Shown here piece after piece: positions 25,503 through 38,277 of a stretch of DNA of 64,000 nucleotides; the stretch's first letter is position 1; every line of letters starts with the position of its first letter. This stretch comes from Octopus sinensis (taxonomy: Eukaryota), in NCBI RefSeq assembly GCF_006345805.1, contig NC_043000.1, forward strand, positions 30,132,001 through 30,196,000. Reading direction: 5' to 3'. A program made the translations under genes and the position numbers. Under the pieces are notes generated by a model, which saw nothing but the letters and a program-made list of their open reading frames with translations, searched no databases and was not told the origin of the DNA.

Positions 25503-25950
25503 CAGTTTAATAGTTGACTATCACTGTATACCATCGTTCCTACAAACATCAATGGTGGGCTCCGAAACAGAACGTAATGGAAATTGATTAAATACTTAAA
25601 TAATTTTGTCCTAAGTTCTACCCTCGCTACAAGTGATCTCGAGAAACATTTTGAAGAAATATTAAGAAAATATATGTTCGAATGGACAAGATCATTCGCA
25701 AACTGTGATGCAATATTCTTAAAATTTTAATTCCATAAAGAATAAATAAATAACGTCTATTTTGACATGTGTAACTATAGTTACAAGAAAATTAGAAGGT
25801 TTGGTGATTATACCGTTGTTTTCGCATGTGGACAAAAATGAAGTAAAATTAATTTCTTTACAATCATTTAATCATTTTACAAAGTGAAATAATTTTTCTA
25901 AACATCCACCACCCTCTTCTGCACTCTATTTCTGTAACCACTCTTATGTG

Positions 25951-25994
<44 letters not shown>

Positions 25995-26064
25995 ATGTGT
26001 GTGTGTGAGTGTGTGTGTGTGTGCCTGTGTGTGCCTGTGTGTTTGTGTGTATCTGTGTGTGCAT

Positions 26065-26121
<57 letters not shown>

Positions 26122-26906
26122 TATATATATACATGTATATGTATATATATATATAGAATAATATATATATATATATATATACCCGCACACACACACACAT
26201 ACAAACACAAACTCACACACACATATGCATATATACACTCACACACAAACACACACCTATATGCAATGCTACAGGTTACCCTTGGGGAAGTCAACAGTAA
26301 TAGAAAATTTATTAACAACGTGAAAATGAAGCTGTATTTCCACAATAGGTTTTTAAATAACCATGCCAGAATAACTACCTAGTTTTCCATCACCTGTAAA
26401 TTTAAATTAACTCTTTGAAGTGAGTCGTGCGGCGGCGGTGGTTCTGATTGTGTTGTTTTTGGCAGGGGGCGTTGATGGAAGTGGGTTGATTGTATATTTC
26501 AGCTGACAGCTGTTTGTAAAGAGAGGCGAAATGATAACAAACAAAATGGTGTGAAGTAAACAACTTCATACAAAATGGGAAATGAATTTCGATGATGTTT
26601 CTGAGAAGAGTAATGAGGAAAAATTTCCAGGAGCAAGGTACGAAGAATAGGAATATTGAGGAATATGGAAAAATAGATAGATAGATTGATAAATAGAGAG
26701 GGATAGATAAAGGGAAAGCGAAAGTGAAAGATAGATGGATAGATGTATAGATAGATAGAGAGTGATAAATAAATAGATTTGATAAGAAAGAGTCAGCGTT
26801 AGACAGACAGGGATGTAGACAGACATAGGCAAAACCTATATGTAGATAAACAATCACACGAATATATGTATGTATGTATGTATATATATAAATACAAATA
26901 TCTATA

Positions 26907-26941
<35 letters not shown>

Positions 26942-27177
26942 ATATATATATATATATATATCTGTTTGTGTGTATGTATGTGGTATGTGTTTGTGTGTGT
27001 GTGCATACATATATATATATATACATATACATATACACACACACACATATATATTTATATATATATATATACATTTGGTATTGTTTATAATGGTAGGTAA
27101 ACCATTATAAACAATACCAAATATTTTTTCTCAGACCTTTTATAATGTGATACAAGTCTTTGGTGTAGCAATTGCAC

Positions 27178-27270
27178 GCGGCTGAAGAAGGCTTTTCAAC
27201 TATCTGTTATGTCGATTATGCATTGATTTAAGAATAAGTTGTTCTATAAAGCCCGAAACATATGTACCGC
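27178..27270 (+). ncRNA. Type I hammerhead ribozyme motif
   Basis: GCGG-CTGAAGA-A-GGCTTT...AAAGCC-C-GAAA-CATATG-TA-CCGC. Helix I GCGG/CCGC is perfect, helix II has 6 bp with an A/C mismatch at its base, palindromic ACATATGT is helix III, GUA triplet; predicted cleavage after 27266. Confidence 0.7.
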
Positions 27271-27372
27271 AACATCCTGGTTTTCATTTATTTCATTTGA
27301 TACATATATCCTATCACCTATGCTACTAGCTGGCATATACATGTGCTTACATTTATCAAGTATTCACCCTGA

Positions 27373-27418
<46 letters not shown>

Positions 27419-27639
27419 CCTGTCTCTGAGATTGTTGATATTGTATATGTTCATATTTCTAAAGGTATATGTACAGAAATATGCTTTAATTCCTTCACAT
27501 ATACCGAAGAATTGATGATTCAGATTGCCTAGAATATATATATTCCTTTACATTTTTTACTTCTTTCAGTCATTGGACGGTGGCCATGCTGGTGCACCAC
27601 TATTAAATGTTTTAATCTAGCAATATTTATATATGTTAT

Positions 27640-28695
27640 AAAAAGGGTAATCTGAAATATTACAAATGTCCATTACCAGTGGCGTAACGTGTAAAAAATT
27701 TAGTCAATAGACTATATATTATTCATATAAATACAATGTACATTTAAGCACAAAAGAGGTAGTCCATCATATGACTACCTGCACGCTAGAGAGGACAGTT
27801 AAATTCCAAACCACTATTACAAATAAAATTTCGAATGGAATGAAAAATAAAAGCATTTACCATCTAACTCCTGGACCAATTGTTTCAGACTTTTTTTAGC
27901 AAATAAAATAATTTACCCCGTGCTTATACATTCTAATTTTACAAATCTACTGCGCAAGAACGCGGCATATACTGGATTGTCTGGTGTATACATATTTAAT
28001 CTAAGGTGCACCCGCTGAAGAAGGCTTCGTGCAGCAAATTATTTTATTTCCTAAAAAAAGTCTGAAACAAGTGGCCCAGGAGTTAGATGGTAAATGTTTT
28101 TATTTTTCATTCCATTCTAAATTGTATCCCTAATAGTGGTTTGGAATGTAACTGTTCTCTCAAGCGTGCAGGTAGTCCTGTGATGGATACATCTTTAATT
28201 TTTTAATGTACACTGTATTTATATGAATAATATATAGTCTATTGAACTAAAACTTTTACACGCTAGGCCACTGGTAATGGAAATTTCTAATATTTCAGAT
28301 TACCCTTTTGATATTAATTATTGGTAAACTTTTTCTTGGATAGTTTTCAAAATGAAATAGCCGGCATATTTATTTAATTCCCACACGGAACTGCGCTTGC
28401 GAGCTAGATTTGAAAAATTAGAATGTATAAGTACAGGGCATATACTGGATTGTCTCGTGTATATTTAATCTAAGGTGTACCTGATGAAGAAGGCCTCCCC
28501 TAGCAAATTATTTTATTTGCTAGAAACGTTTGAAACCATTGGTCCAAGAGTTAGATGGTAAATGTTTTTCTTTTTAATTCCATTCGAAATTTTATCCCTA
28601 ATAGTGGTTTGGGATTCAACTGCTCTCTCTAGCGTTCAGGTAGTCCTATGATAGATACCTCTTTTGTGTTTAGATGTACACTGCATTTATATATA
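27640..28695. repeat. Compound repeat: inverted arms plus a direct copy about 469 bp downstream
   Basis: 27640-27916 is the reverse complement of about 28034-28309; about 27965-28225 recurs directly at about 28436-28695. Confidence 0.85.
28011..28080 (+). ncRNA. Type I hammerhead motif, mutated copy
   Basis: CCCG-CTGAAGA-AGGCTT...AAGTCT-GAAA-CAAGTGG-CC-CAGG. U16.1 is C here, but sister copies (27870-27892 minus; 28480-28548) have GTC-CA(G/A)G. Confidence 0.55.
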
Positions 28696-29515
28696 TATGC
28701 TTTATGAAAAAGCAGCAGAAATATCACAAAAGTCTGTTTAATGTTGCCGTTCGTCGGACAGTTTGTTTAAACAAAACTGTGCGATGAAGTTCGAACAATA
28801 TGCATACACATATACCTATATATACATACATACATACATACATACATACACACATACATACATACATACATGCATATATATATATATACACATATATATA
28901 TATGTATGTATATGCGTATGTATATATATATGTGTGTGTGTCTGTGTGTGTTTGTGTGTGTATGTACATATGTGTGTATGTATATATACATACGTTTATA
29001 TATATATCTATTCCTATATATATGCATACATATATATATATATGTGCATGTGTTTTATGCACACATACGCACATATAAGCCCCACACACACACAAGCACA
29101 CATACGCAGAGACATTCACTCCCGTGTATATATATACATATACGTACATACATGCATTCATTCAGTTTACAATTTGCATTGTAATGTGAGTTTGTTGAAG
29201 TTATTTCTTTAAAACAATAAATTTCTGCTATTTTGAAAAACACATAAATTAAAGTTCTGAAAAAATAAAAATCGATATTTATTTCTACTGACGAATAATG
29301 CTGCGATGCAAATATTTATGAGCAGTTGCTTCAGAAAACACTTTGGTTTTAGGCATTATTACATAGCTTGGAATCAAATTAAGGATCTTATGAAGGATTA
29401 TATGGCAGATTCAGCGTAGAACTATATTGGGGTGGTATTAAGAGAGCCTGAAAAAAATGCTCCCTGTGCGATCATCTCCGACCAATACACATGCAGATAT
29501 ACATATACATATATG

Positions 29516-29549
<34 letters not shown>

Positions 29550-29852
29550 ATATATATAATATATATATATGTATATATATGTATATATATGTGTGTGTGT
29601 GTGTGGTGTGTGTGTGTGTGTTGTGTGTCGACATACATGCACGATAAGGTTATCGCCTATGTTGTAAAAGCTGCCAACATTCTTAATGAGGACGGTCATT
29701 TTTCTGAAAGACTTGTACATTTTATAAGAGTTTAGATACTAATTACACACTGATACGTACGCATAAATACATACAGACACTCACACACTCACACATACGC
29801 AAACATACACAGACGCAGATACACACACATATACACCCACACATACATATAT

Positions 29853-30258
29853 ACTCTTTACTCTCTCTTTACTCTTTTCAGTCATTTGACTGCGGCCATG
29901 CTGGAGCACCGCTTTTAATCTAACAAATCGACCCCAGAACTTATTCTTTTCGAAACCTAATACTTATTCTATCGTGTCTTTTGCCGAACCGCTAAAGTTA
30001 CAGGGATATAAACACACCAGCATCGGATGTCAAGTGATGTGGGGGGGGGGCAAACACAGACACACAAACATATACATATACATATATATACATATACGAC
30101 GGGCTTCTTTCAGTTTCCGTCTACCAAATCCACTCACAAGTCTATGGTCGACCCGAGGCTATAGAAGAAGACATTTGCCCACGGTGCCACGCAGTGGAAC
30201 TGAACCCGGAACCATGTGGTTCGTAAGCGAGCTACTTACCACACGGCCACTTCTGCGC
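29853..30258 (-). mobile_element. SINE family A, full length
   Basis: Reverse complement of complete family A. Confidence 0.9.
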
Positions 30259-30394
30259 CTATAGGAAGTTCTTTCAGCAGGTGAAAAGTTGTAACTCTCC
30301 AATATTCAGTTTTAAAACTCTTACGCTTTACTCGTTTCCAGCCAGAGGCTGAGGCCATGCTGGAGCCCCACCTCTCAGTGCGTTTGGGTTTCTT

Positions 30395-30810
30395 TTCTCT
30401 ACTGTTTTTGGTACAGTAGCGAGTTGGACGGAACTGCTCTCCTTTGTGCTTTCTGCCACAATATAGCTTCTGCTGATATCTCACATAAAAATTTATCCAG
30501 ATGCTCTTTCAAGACCTGCGCATATCTCTGAGGTAGTTTGGCAGAACACCAAATAGTTCTGGTCCCTTGAAACCCAAGCTGTTACAGTCTCGGCCCTTCT
30601 AGATTGAGATGACAGGATTTTTGGTACACTGCAGTGACCTCCACTTAGGTGGTTGGTATAGTTTTCAATCTTAAGCTGGGAGCAGCGCCTTCCAGGATCT
30701 CCCATATGTATATCACTGCATATCCTTCGAACCATCTCTCTAGGGTGTAGAGCTTCAATTTCTTTAGCTGCTTCCAGCAGCTCATCTCTTTCACCGAATC
30801 AATATTCTTT
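30395..30810 (-). mobile_element. CR1-group LINE, 3' ORF2 remnant
   Basis: KEMSCWKQLKKLKLYTLERWFEGYAVIYIWEILEG...LGFQG/PELFGVLPNYLRD, matching the CR1 C-terminal pattern (Y.ERL..L.LYSLERRR.R...IY.WKIL.G; GP.LFN.LP..LR), with frameshifts and stops. Confidence 0.8.
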
Positions 30811-30817
30811 ACTAAAA

Positions 30818-31417
30818 AAAAATCACTAATCCGTATGTTTATGAGAATATGATTGCTTCATTCACTAGCTTGATATCGAATTTAGGCTGAAAACCCTCCA
30901 TAAAGTTTTTTCTAACTGCTGAGAATTTAAGATTACCGAGTTAAAATATATATTATTATTTGTGCCTGTATCTGAGATTGTTAATTCTGTATTTATTCAA
31001 TTTCTAAAGATATATGTGCAGAAATATACCTCTATTCCTGGACATATACCAAAGAATTGATGTCTTAGATTCCCTAGGATATATATATATATTCCTTTAC
31101 ATTTTTTTACTTGTTTCTGTCATTGTAAAGGAGTGTATATATATATATATTATATATATATATATATATATAGATATATATATATATATATCCTAGGGAA
31201 TCTAAGACATCAATTCTTTGGTTTATGTCCAGGAATGGAGGCTTATTTCTGCAGCAATCTCAGCTACAGGCACAAACAGTAATTTATATTATAACACAAT
31301 AATCTTAAATTCTCAGTAGTTAGAAAAAAATTTATGGAGGGTTTTCAGACTAAATTCGATATCAAGCTAGTGAATGAAGCAATCATATTCTCATAAACAT
31401 ATGGATTAGTGATTTTT
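30818..31417. repeat. Long inverted repeat around an (AT)n spacer
   Basis: Arm 30818-31080 versus arm 31190-31417; part of the arm also occurs at about 27415-27545. Confidence 0.9.
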
Positions 31418-31494
31418 CTTGAAGTGATTTAATCCAACAAATCGACCCCATTCTTATTTTATTCTTATATCTTGTACTTATTCTAATTTTATCT

Positions 31495-31706
31495 CCTTTT
31501 CTACTCTAGGTACAAGGCCCGACATTTTTGACGAGCAGACTACTCGATTAGATTGACCCCAGTGCACAACTGGTAATTAATTTATCGACCCCGAAAAGAT
31601 GAAAGGCAAAGTCAACCTCGGCGGAATTTGAACCCAGAATGTAAAAACAGACGAAATACCGCTAGGCATCACGTCCGGCGTGCTAACGTTTCCGCCAGCT
31701 CGCCAC
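31495..31706 (-). mobile_element. SINE family B
   Basis: Reverse complement head (ccagctcgcc) and body. Confidence 0.85.
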
Positions 31707-32187
31707 ATTTCTAACCTTATCTTCTGCTGAACCCCTGGGTTAGTTACGGATATGTAAACAAACCAACACCGATTGCCACGTGCTGTTTTTTGTTAATTTT
31801 TTTATTTACATGATTTTGTTTTTAGTCTTTTTTCTCATTTCTTCTCATGCCTTCTCGTGCGAACCTTCGTCAATGGAATGGTAAAAACACCATCATGGTG
31901 TGGGCATAAAACAAAGAGAAACTAAATATGATCTTAGCAGCGCTTGGGTCTCAATTCCCTCGAAGACCTGCATGTATGCAGCTAATGATGAGTCATATCA
32001 ATGCAATAATGTATAGGATATATGTAAATTAAGCAATTATCAGACAGTAATGGTGCGCCGTAATAACTGTGCCGATTTTAAATAAAGCCTGACCAATCCG
32101 TTTTCTGGTATTCAATTCTCTACGTATACATACATACATACCCGCATATGTGTGCGTCTATGTGGTTATGTGTGTATGAGTGAGTAT

Positions 32188-32223
<36 letters not shown>

Positions 32224-32373
32224 GTTTGTATAAAATTTTTAAATTGAATTTATAATCGTTCAATTTATTGTTTTGGCTTCCATTTCTTATTTATATTAAT
32301 ATATATATATATATATATATCAGAAATATTAAATTTCTAAATATCTCATAGAGATATGTACGGTGGTGGGGCG

Positions 32374-32530
32374 ATAGAATGGTTGTATATTGTCAGTCTA
32401 ACGTGAACGTGACAGTAGGGGATTACACCACCGCTGTTTAGCCCTAGGAAGGGCTTCCTAGGGCTAAACAGCGGTGTGTAATCCCCTACTGTCACGTTCA
32501 CGTTAGCTTGACAGTATACAACCATTCTAT
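32374..32530. repeat. Near-perfect palindrome, arms of about 78 bp and a 2-nt loop
   Basis: ...gctgtttagccctaggaag-gg-cttcctagggctaaacagc...; three mismatches and one indel by eye. Confidence 0.95.
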
Positions 32531-32536
32531 ATATAT

Positions 32537-32569
<33 letters not shown>

Positions 32570-32582
32570 TATATATATATAT

Positions 32583-32641
<59 letters not shown>

Positions 32642-32945
32642 AATGTATACTTCACATATAAGGATAAAATTTTATTAAAAAATTTTTATCAGTGGCCAGC
32701 ATATGAAAAATATATTTTATGGTTGAAATTATAAATAGAAAAAAAAATTATAAAAGAAAAAAAATTTCTTTGCCAATATGCTGAGAAATAGACGCAAAGT
32801 CGTCTAACAACATAAATTATTTTCACTAATATTATTACGATTTAGTGTCTATTTTTAGCATATTGGCAACGTCATTTCTTTCTTTTTGCCCCTATTTATA
32901 ATTACACACACACACACCACACACACACACACACACACCACACAC

Positions 32946-32986
<41 letters not shown>

Positions 32987-33144
32987 TATATATAAATAGG
33001 TGAATGAATTATCCTATGTTTATCGTCAGCATGGAAAATTCGTTTAAACCGAAACCTGGGTAGCAAATTCACGTCAGAAACACGGTTGAAGCGACCTGTC
33101 CAAGGGTAGAAACTCCGGGTTCATGTGCAGAAATTTGTGTGTTG

Positions 33145-33626
33145 TATATGAATAAATGAAAGAATGGAGTTGAACGAAGCTGTTAACAAAATTCCTTTAC
33201 TCTCGACATATGTTTCGAAGACACTGTCGTTTGAACAATTAGCTTAACGTGCACTCCACTTCAATAGCGAAATTCTTTCCTAAGCCTTCGAATATTCTTT
33301 CAATCAACGTACCCTTCCCTCTCCACTTGTTCCCTACCTATTATTCCTTTAACCCTTCTCTTCCTACTATCTATCCTTGACGTCAATTCTAACGATTTAA
33401 AAAAAAAAAAAAACTCATTATCGTTTTGTTTACCATGTAGGCAGTCATCGAAATTTTTGTTTGTCTTATTGTCGAGAGAGGCTCCCTTTCTTTCCTGATG
33501 AGAAGATTGCATAATGCGCCCTTTATTCCTTTGGAATGAAACCATGTTGTCTTCGAAACATATGTCGAGAATAAAGGAATTTTGTTAACATCTTCGTTCG
33601 ACACCATTCTTTCATTTATTCATATA
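33145..33626. repeat. Inverted repeat with arms of about 78 bp overlapping a hammerhead motif
   Basis: 33145-33222 is the reverse complement of 33548-33626. Confidence 0.88.
33484..33577 (+). ncRNA. Type I hammerhead ribozyme motif with a canonical core and GUC triplet
   Basis: CCCTTTCTTTC-CTGATGA-GAAGA...TCTTC-GAAA-CATATG-TC-GAGAATAAAGG. Helix II GAAGA/TCTTC, helix III ACATATGT, helix I TTTC/GAGA plus CCTTT/AAAGG; predicted cleavage after 33566. Confidence 0.75.
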
Positions 33627-33806
33627 TATATATATATTAAATTCGTTTAAATTTACGTTAGGGATATGCAAATAAAGTTCCTATTCCCTTACGTCGGCTA
33701 CCGACTAATGATATTGACTAGTGAGTCACTTTTGGGGGTTGCATGATAGTTATACCGATATAATGTAGGACAAATTTAATAATAACATTAATTCTAGGAT
33801 GGGATT

Positions 33807-34057
33807 TACTCTTTTACTTGTTTCAGTCACTTGACTGCGGCCATATTGGAGCAACGCCTTTAGTCGAACAAATCGCCCCCAGGACTTATTCTTTGTAAGC
33901 CTAGTACTTATTCCATCGGTCTCCTTTGCCGAACCACTAAGTACGGGACGTAAACACACCAGCATCGGTTGTCAAGCGATGTTGGAAGGACAAACACAGA
34001 CACACAAACATATACACACGCACACACACACACACACACACACCACATATATATATA

Positions 34058-34098
<41 letters not shown>

Positions 34099-34140
34099 TA
34101 TATATATATACATATATAGCTAGATAGCTAGCTAGCTAGT

Positions 34141-34216
<76 letters not shown>

Positions 34217-34388
34217 CAGATAGATATACATATATACGACGGGCTTCTTTCAGTTTCCGTCTATCAAATCCACTCACAAGATTATGGTCAGCCTGAGACT
34301 ACAGCAGAAGATACTTACCTAAGGTCCCACGCAGTGGGACTGAACCCAGAACCATATGGTTGGTAAGTAAGCTACCTACCACACGGCA
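33807..34388 (-). mobile_element. SINE family A with an expanded compound internal microsatellite
   Basis: Family A tail and head are separated by about 230 bp of (CA)n(TA)n(GCTA)n(GATA)n. Confidence 0.88.
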
Positions 34389-35889
34389 ACGTAGGTTTCC
34401 ACAAACCATATGATTTTGACATGAGAGTCTATATCCTTCAGTATAGCTTGATTGTCCTTCATCCTGGTAAGAAGTGATAAACCTCACTCTGTAATCCATC
34501 CAATAATGCAGTATCGCCTAATGAAATCAATCAATGATGATGATCAACCGGATGCTCACGGATAATCCCAAGGATATTGACTCTGAGGTCTAAATCATGT
34601 AATTTGTGGAAGCCTAGGTATCGACGTATTAAATATTTATAAATTCCATCCTAGAATTATCTTTATTATATACATATTTATATATACATGTATGTGCGTG
34701 TGTATGTGTATATGTGTGTCTGTGCGTGCGTGCGTGTATATGCACGTATGTATATATGTAGATATTTCTGGGTTTTCTTGTGGGGTAGAAAGTGAGCGCT
34801 CGTTCGAAGATTGTGGGAAACGCGTTAATTTTAATCAATCAATACTTGTTCTGTGTCGATATCAGATTATCATTGAACATTACTGAAGTCGATCAGAGAA
34901 AGGAAAGTACGACTGCAAAAAAAAAAGAAAACACGAATAAAGAAAGAATATAGAAAAAAGTCTAACACCGACAAAAAAACAACATTAAAATAAGTTAACG
35001 TACTGAATTTTCGATTAATTAAACTTGAAGATACGTAATTCGATGTGAGTAATAATTGTCTGATCTTTCGTATAAGAGCGTATTTTTTTTTTATCTACCA
35101 TCAGCATTTAGGTCTAACTCTCCCATTCATCACTTTTCTCGTAAACAGCACAAGTATCTCTAACTAATTCATAATACATCCCAGCTGAATAAAGATTACA
35201 CTCGATTGTCGAAATTGTCTGATCTTTGGCAGCAGACAAGGTATATTTCTGCCTATGTTTCAGATTTAGATCTAACTCAAAAATTCATCAATTTTCTCAT
35301 AAATATCATAAGCGTCATAATAACATCCCCACTGAATAAAGATTAAACGCGGATGACGGTCATTTACTACTTCTGCTTTCTTCGTAGAAATGTCTTTAAT
35401 TTCTTCTGGTCATTATCTTTGACGTTCGGTTCACTTGTACTTTATTTTCTGAAAAATATGTTAACCTTCAACGGGTTGGTTAAATAATCTTATAAACAAC
35501 GGATATGAAGGTATACCACACACGAAAAGATGTGGCATTAGTAAGTGATATGTTTCCGAACACTGAAAATGACTTCTTAAACTATTAGCTTAATCTACAA
35601 AACATCAGCACTTGGCAGATTATCGACAGCCCTTACTGGCCACCATCCTCTTCTGTCTAAAGAATTCCGACCATTTCTCCGTCCGGCAGATAATCTCTGT
35701 CTAATCCCACCACTGGTCAATTCAATTACACCATTCATATGTATACAAACATACGTACACAGTGGTTGCCCACTTCTTATGCAGAGTTTGACCACCTCCT
35801 GTACCTATACCTTAAAACCATCAAGAAATCTGATGTGGCTTTTTTAATCCAGACAATGTTTTGAAAAGACACCCACATAGATTGCAACA

Positions 35890-36185
35890 TACCTACCTAC
35901 CTACCTACCAAATTACCTACCTACCTACATACATATATACATACATACATACATATATACATACATACATACATATATATATACATATCTACCTACCTAC
36001 ATACATACATACATACATACACACATACATACATACATACATACATACATACATACATACATACATACATACATACAAACATACATACATACATACATAC
36101 ATGCATACATGCATACATACATACATACATACATACAAACATACATACATACATACATACATACATGCATACATACATACATGCA
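35890..36185. repeat. (CCTA)n/(CATA)n tetranucleotide array
   Basis: Seen directly; source of the MYVC and YIHT pseudo-ORFs. Confidence 0.97.
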
Positions 36186-37522
36186 TAAACAATCTTGAGA
36201 AATTAGGCTTCTGAAAACCGGAAAAATGGAAACTGATTCGAAGACTACAGATCCAATCCATCAATGGAATTGTAAAAATCTGTAAAACTTACCAGACATT
36301 TATCACCTAAATGCATATGAGCATTTCTATATATGCAATTATATGCATGAAAATACATGCATGAAACAAAACATACAAATCTGCACATATACATACATAC
36401 ATACATACATACGTACGTACGTACAGTGAGAGGAACAGTAAAAATATGCAGTACATTTCCCAAGTTCCAAACGTGAATTTGTCTGTTTTAACTACATCCC
36501 AAACATGGAGCCTTGTCTCTTTGTTCGAAACCAGCTCCCTCCTCAGTGGAAGATTTATAATAATTGATAAATAAAAGAGACATACATGCACACAAAAATA
36601 CATTGATGTTGTTGAAATTCCAATGAAGGAGATTTGGAGCTGGGTTAGAAACCGGTCTTTCTCTATTGGCAAGAAATCTTGAAACAAAACTGAATAATGA
36701 CATACATAAATATATACATATGTATATAAATATAAATACACACACACACATATACATACGGGGTCGGTAATCTGTGCCTCAACAACCCAGGTTTCCACTA
36801 GACGCCTGCGAAGCTAAGTCACTTGAAGTCGAATCAAATTGCTTTAAATGATATCCATCCATATATACATGACATCGTGCACGTTAAATTTTTAAACTCA
36901 AATTTTGTAAAGCATATAGTATTCCTTTGCGACTAGAAACATTTGTTTTGGACACAACTATTTCTTTCACTGTATCTTCACCTGTGCATATGATGCAGTT
37001 GGGTTTGAAATAAGAATAACTTTCCATTGAAAACTTCCACTATGTTTCTACATAATGATACAACCACGACAAAGCCTTTGCTTGCCCTACTCTTGAACTC
37101 AAAACTTTCTAGGAACCAAGTAATCACCGGGGCTGTTTGCAGAAGTGAAGCGAATCCGGATTAATTGGAAATCCAACGTATATTCCTGTCACTATTCTCT
37201 TGTGTAAAAATATCTGAGATCTATAATACAATTAATAATATACCTAATTCATTTTGTATTTCCTCTGCTATCCTGAACTAGTATGTGTTATCTCCTGTGT
37301 ATTTCATGTAAGAACATTCCGATACGAATTACCAATAAGGATTTGATAATAAGCTAAGAAAAAAGTCAATGATATTTCGCTTACTTTCCAGATATACCTT
37401 CCAATACGTTGCAAACGGATGACATTTCCTTTACCATATATGGGGGAAAAGTTGTAAATACACACACACGCATGCATACATACATAATTACATAAAACAT
37501 ACACACATTCTTATATATATAT

Positions 37523-37573
<51 letters not shown>

Positions 37574-37611
37574 ATATATATTATATATATGTGTGTGTGT
37601 GTGTATGTGTG

Positions 37612-37647
<36 letters not shown>

Positions 37648-37902
37648 GTATTATATAGCTAAATATTAGATTCAGATGAATTAGGTACTTAAGTTGAGGC
37701 ATCAAAATTTAGTACGGTATTATCCGTACAGTTTCAATTAAGGTGATTAAAATCAAACGAAGCAATGGAATATCCAGGGGCAATACAGTACGATCGTTTC
37801 AAGCGTTCCATTTAATTTGAACTATGCAACCATTTCATCACTTTAAATGCAGAGCAATCCTCAGCTGCCGAATTACATAGAATTAAATTATATATATCCA
37901 CA

Positions 37903-38277
37903 TACTCTTTTATTTGTTTCAGTTATTTGATTGTGACCATGCTGGATCACCGACTATACTCGAGGAAATCTACTCCAGGACTTATTCTTTGAAATCCTAA
38001 TACTTATTCTATCGGTCACTTATGGCTCAACCGCTAGGTTACGGGGACGTAAACACACCAGCATCGGTTGTGAAGCGATGTTGGGTGGGGGACAAACACA
38101 GACACACACATATATACACATACATATATACGACGGGGTTCTTTCAGCTTTCGTCAACCAAATCCCTCACAAGGCTTTGGTCGGCCCTAGGCTATAGCAG
38201 AAGACACTTGCCCAAGGTGCCACGCAGTGCGACTGAACCCGGAACCATGTGGTTGGTAAGCAAGCTACTTACCACGC
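37903..38277 (-). mobile_element. SINE family A
   Basis: Reverse complement family A body and head. Confidence 0.88.

Noticed and set aside
28006-28089. 84-nt phase 1-1 exon-like segment (GAPAEEGFVQQIILFPKKSLKQVAQELD)
   Set aside because: It coincides with the hammerhead-bearing repeat, and the sister copy has a stop and frameshift; the splice-like ends are probably incidental.
31360-31415. Ghost hammerhead (tgaatga...taaacatatgga) in the 30.8-31.4 kb inverted repeat
   Set aside because: Several core positions differ; not distinguishable from chance without a family consensus.
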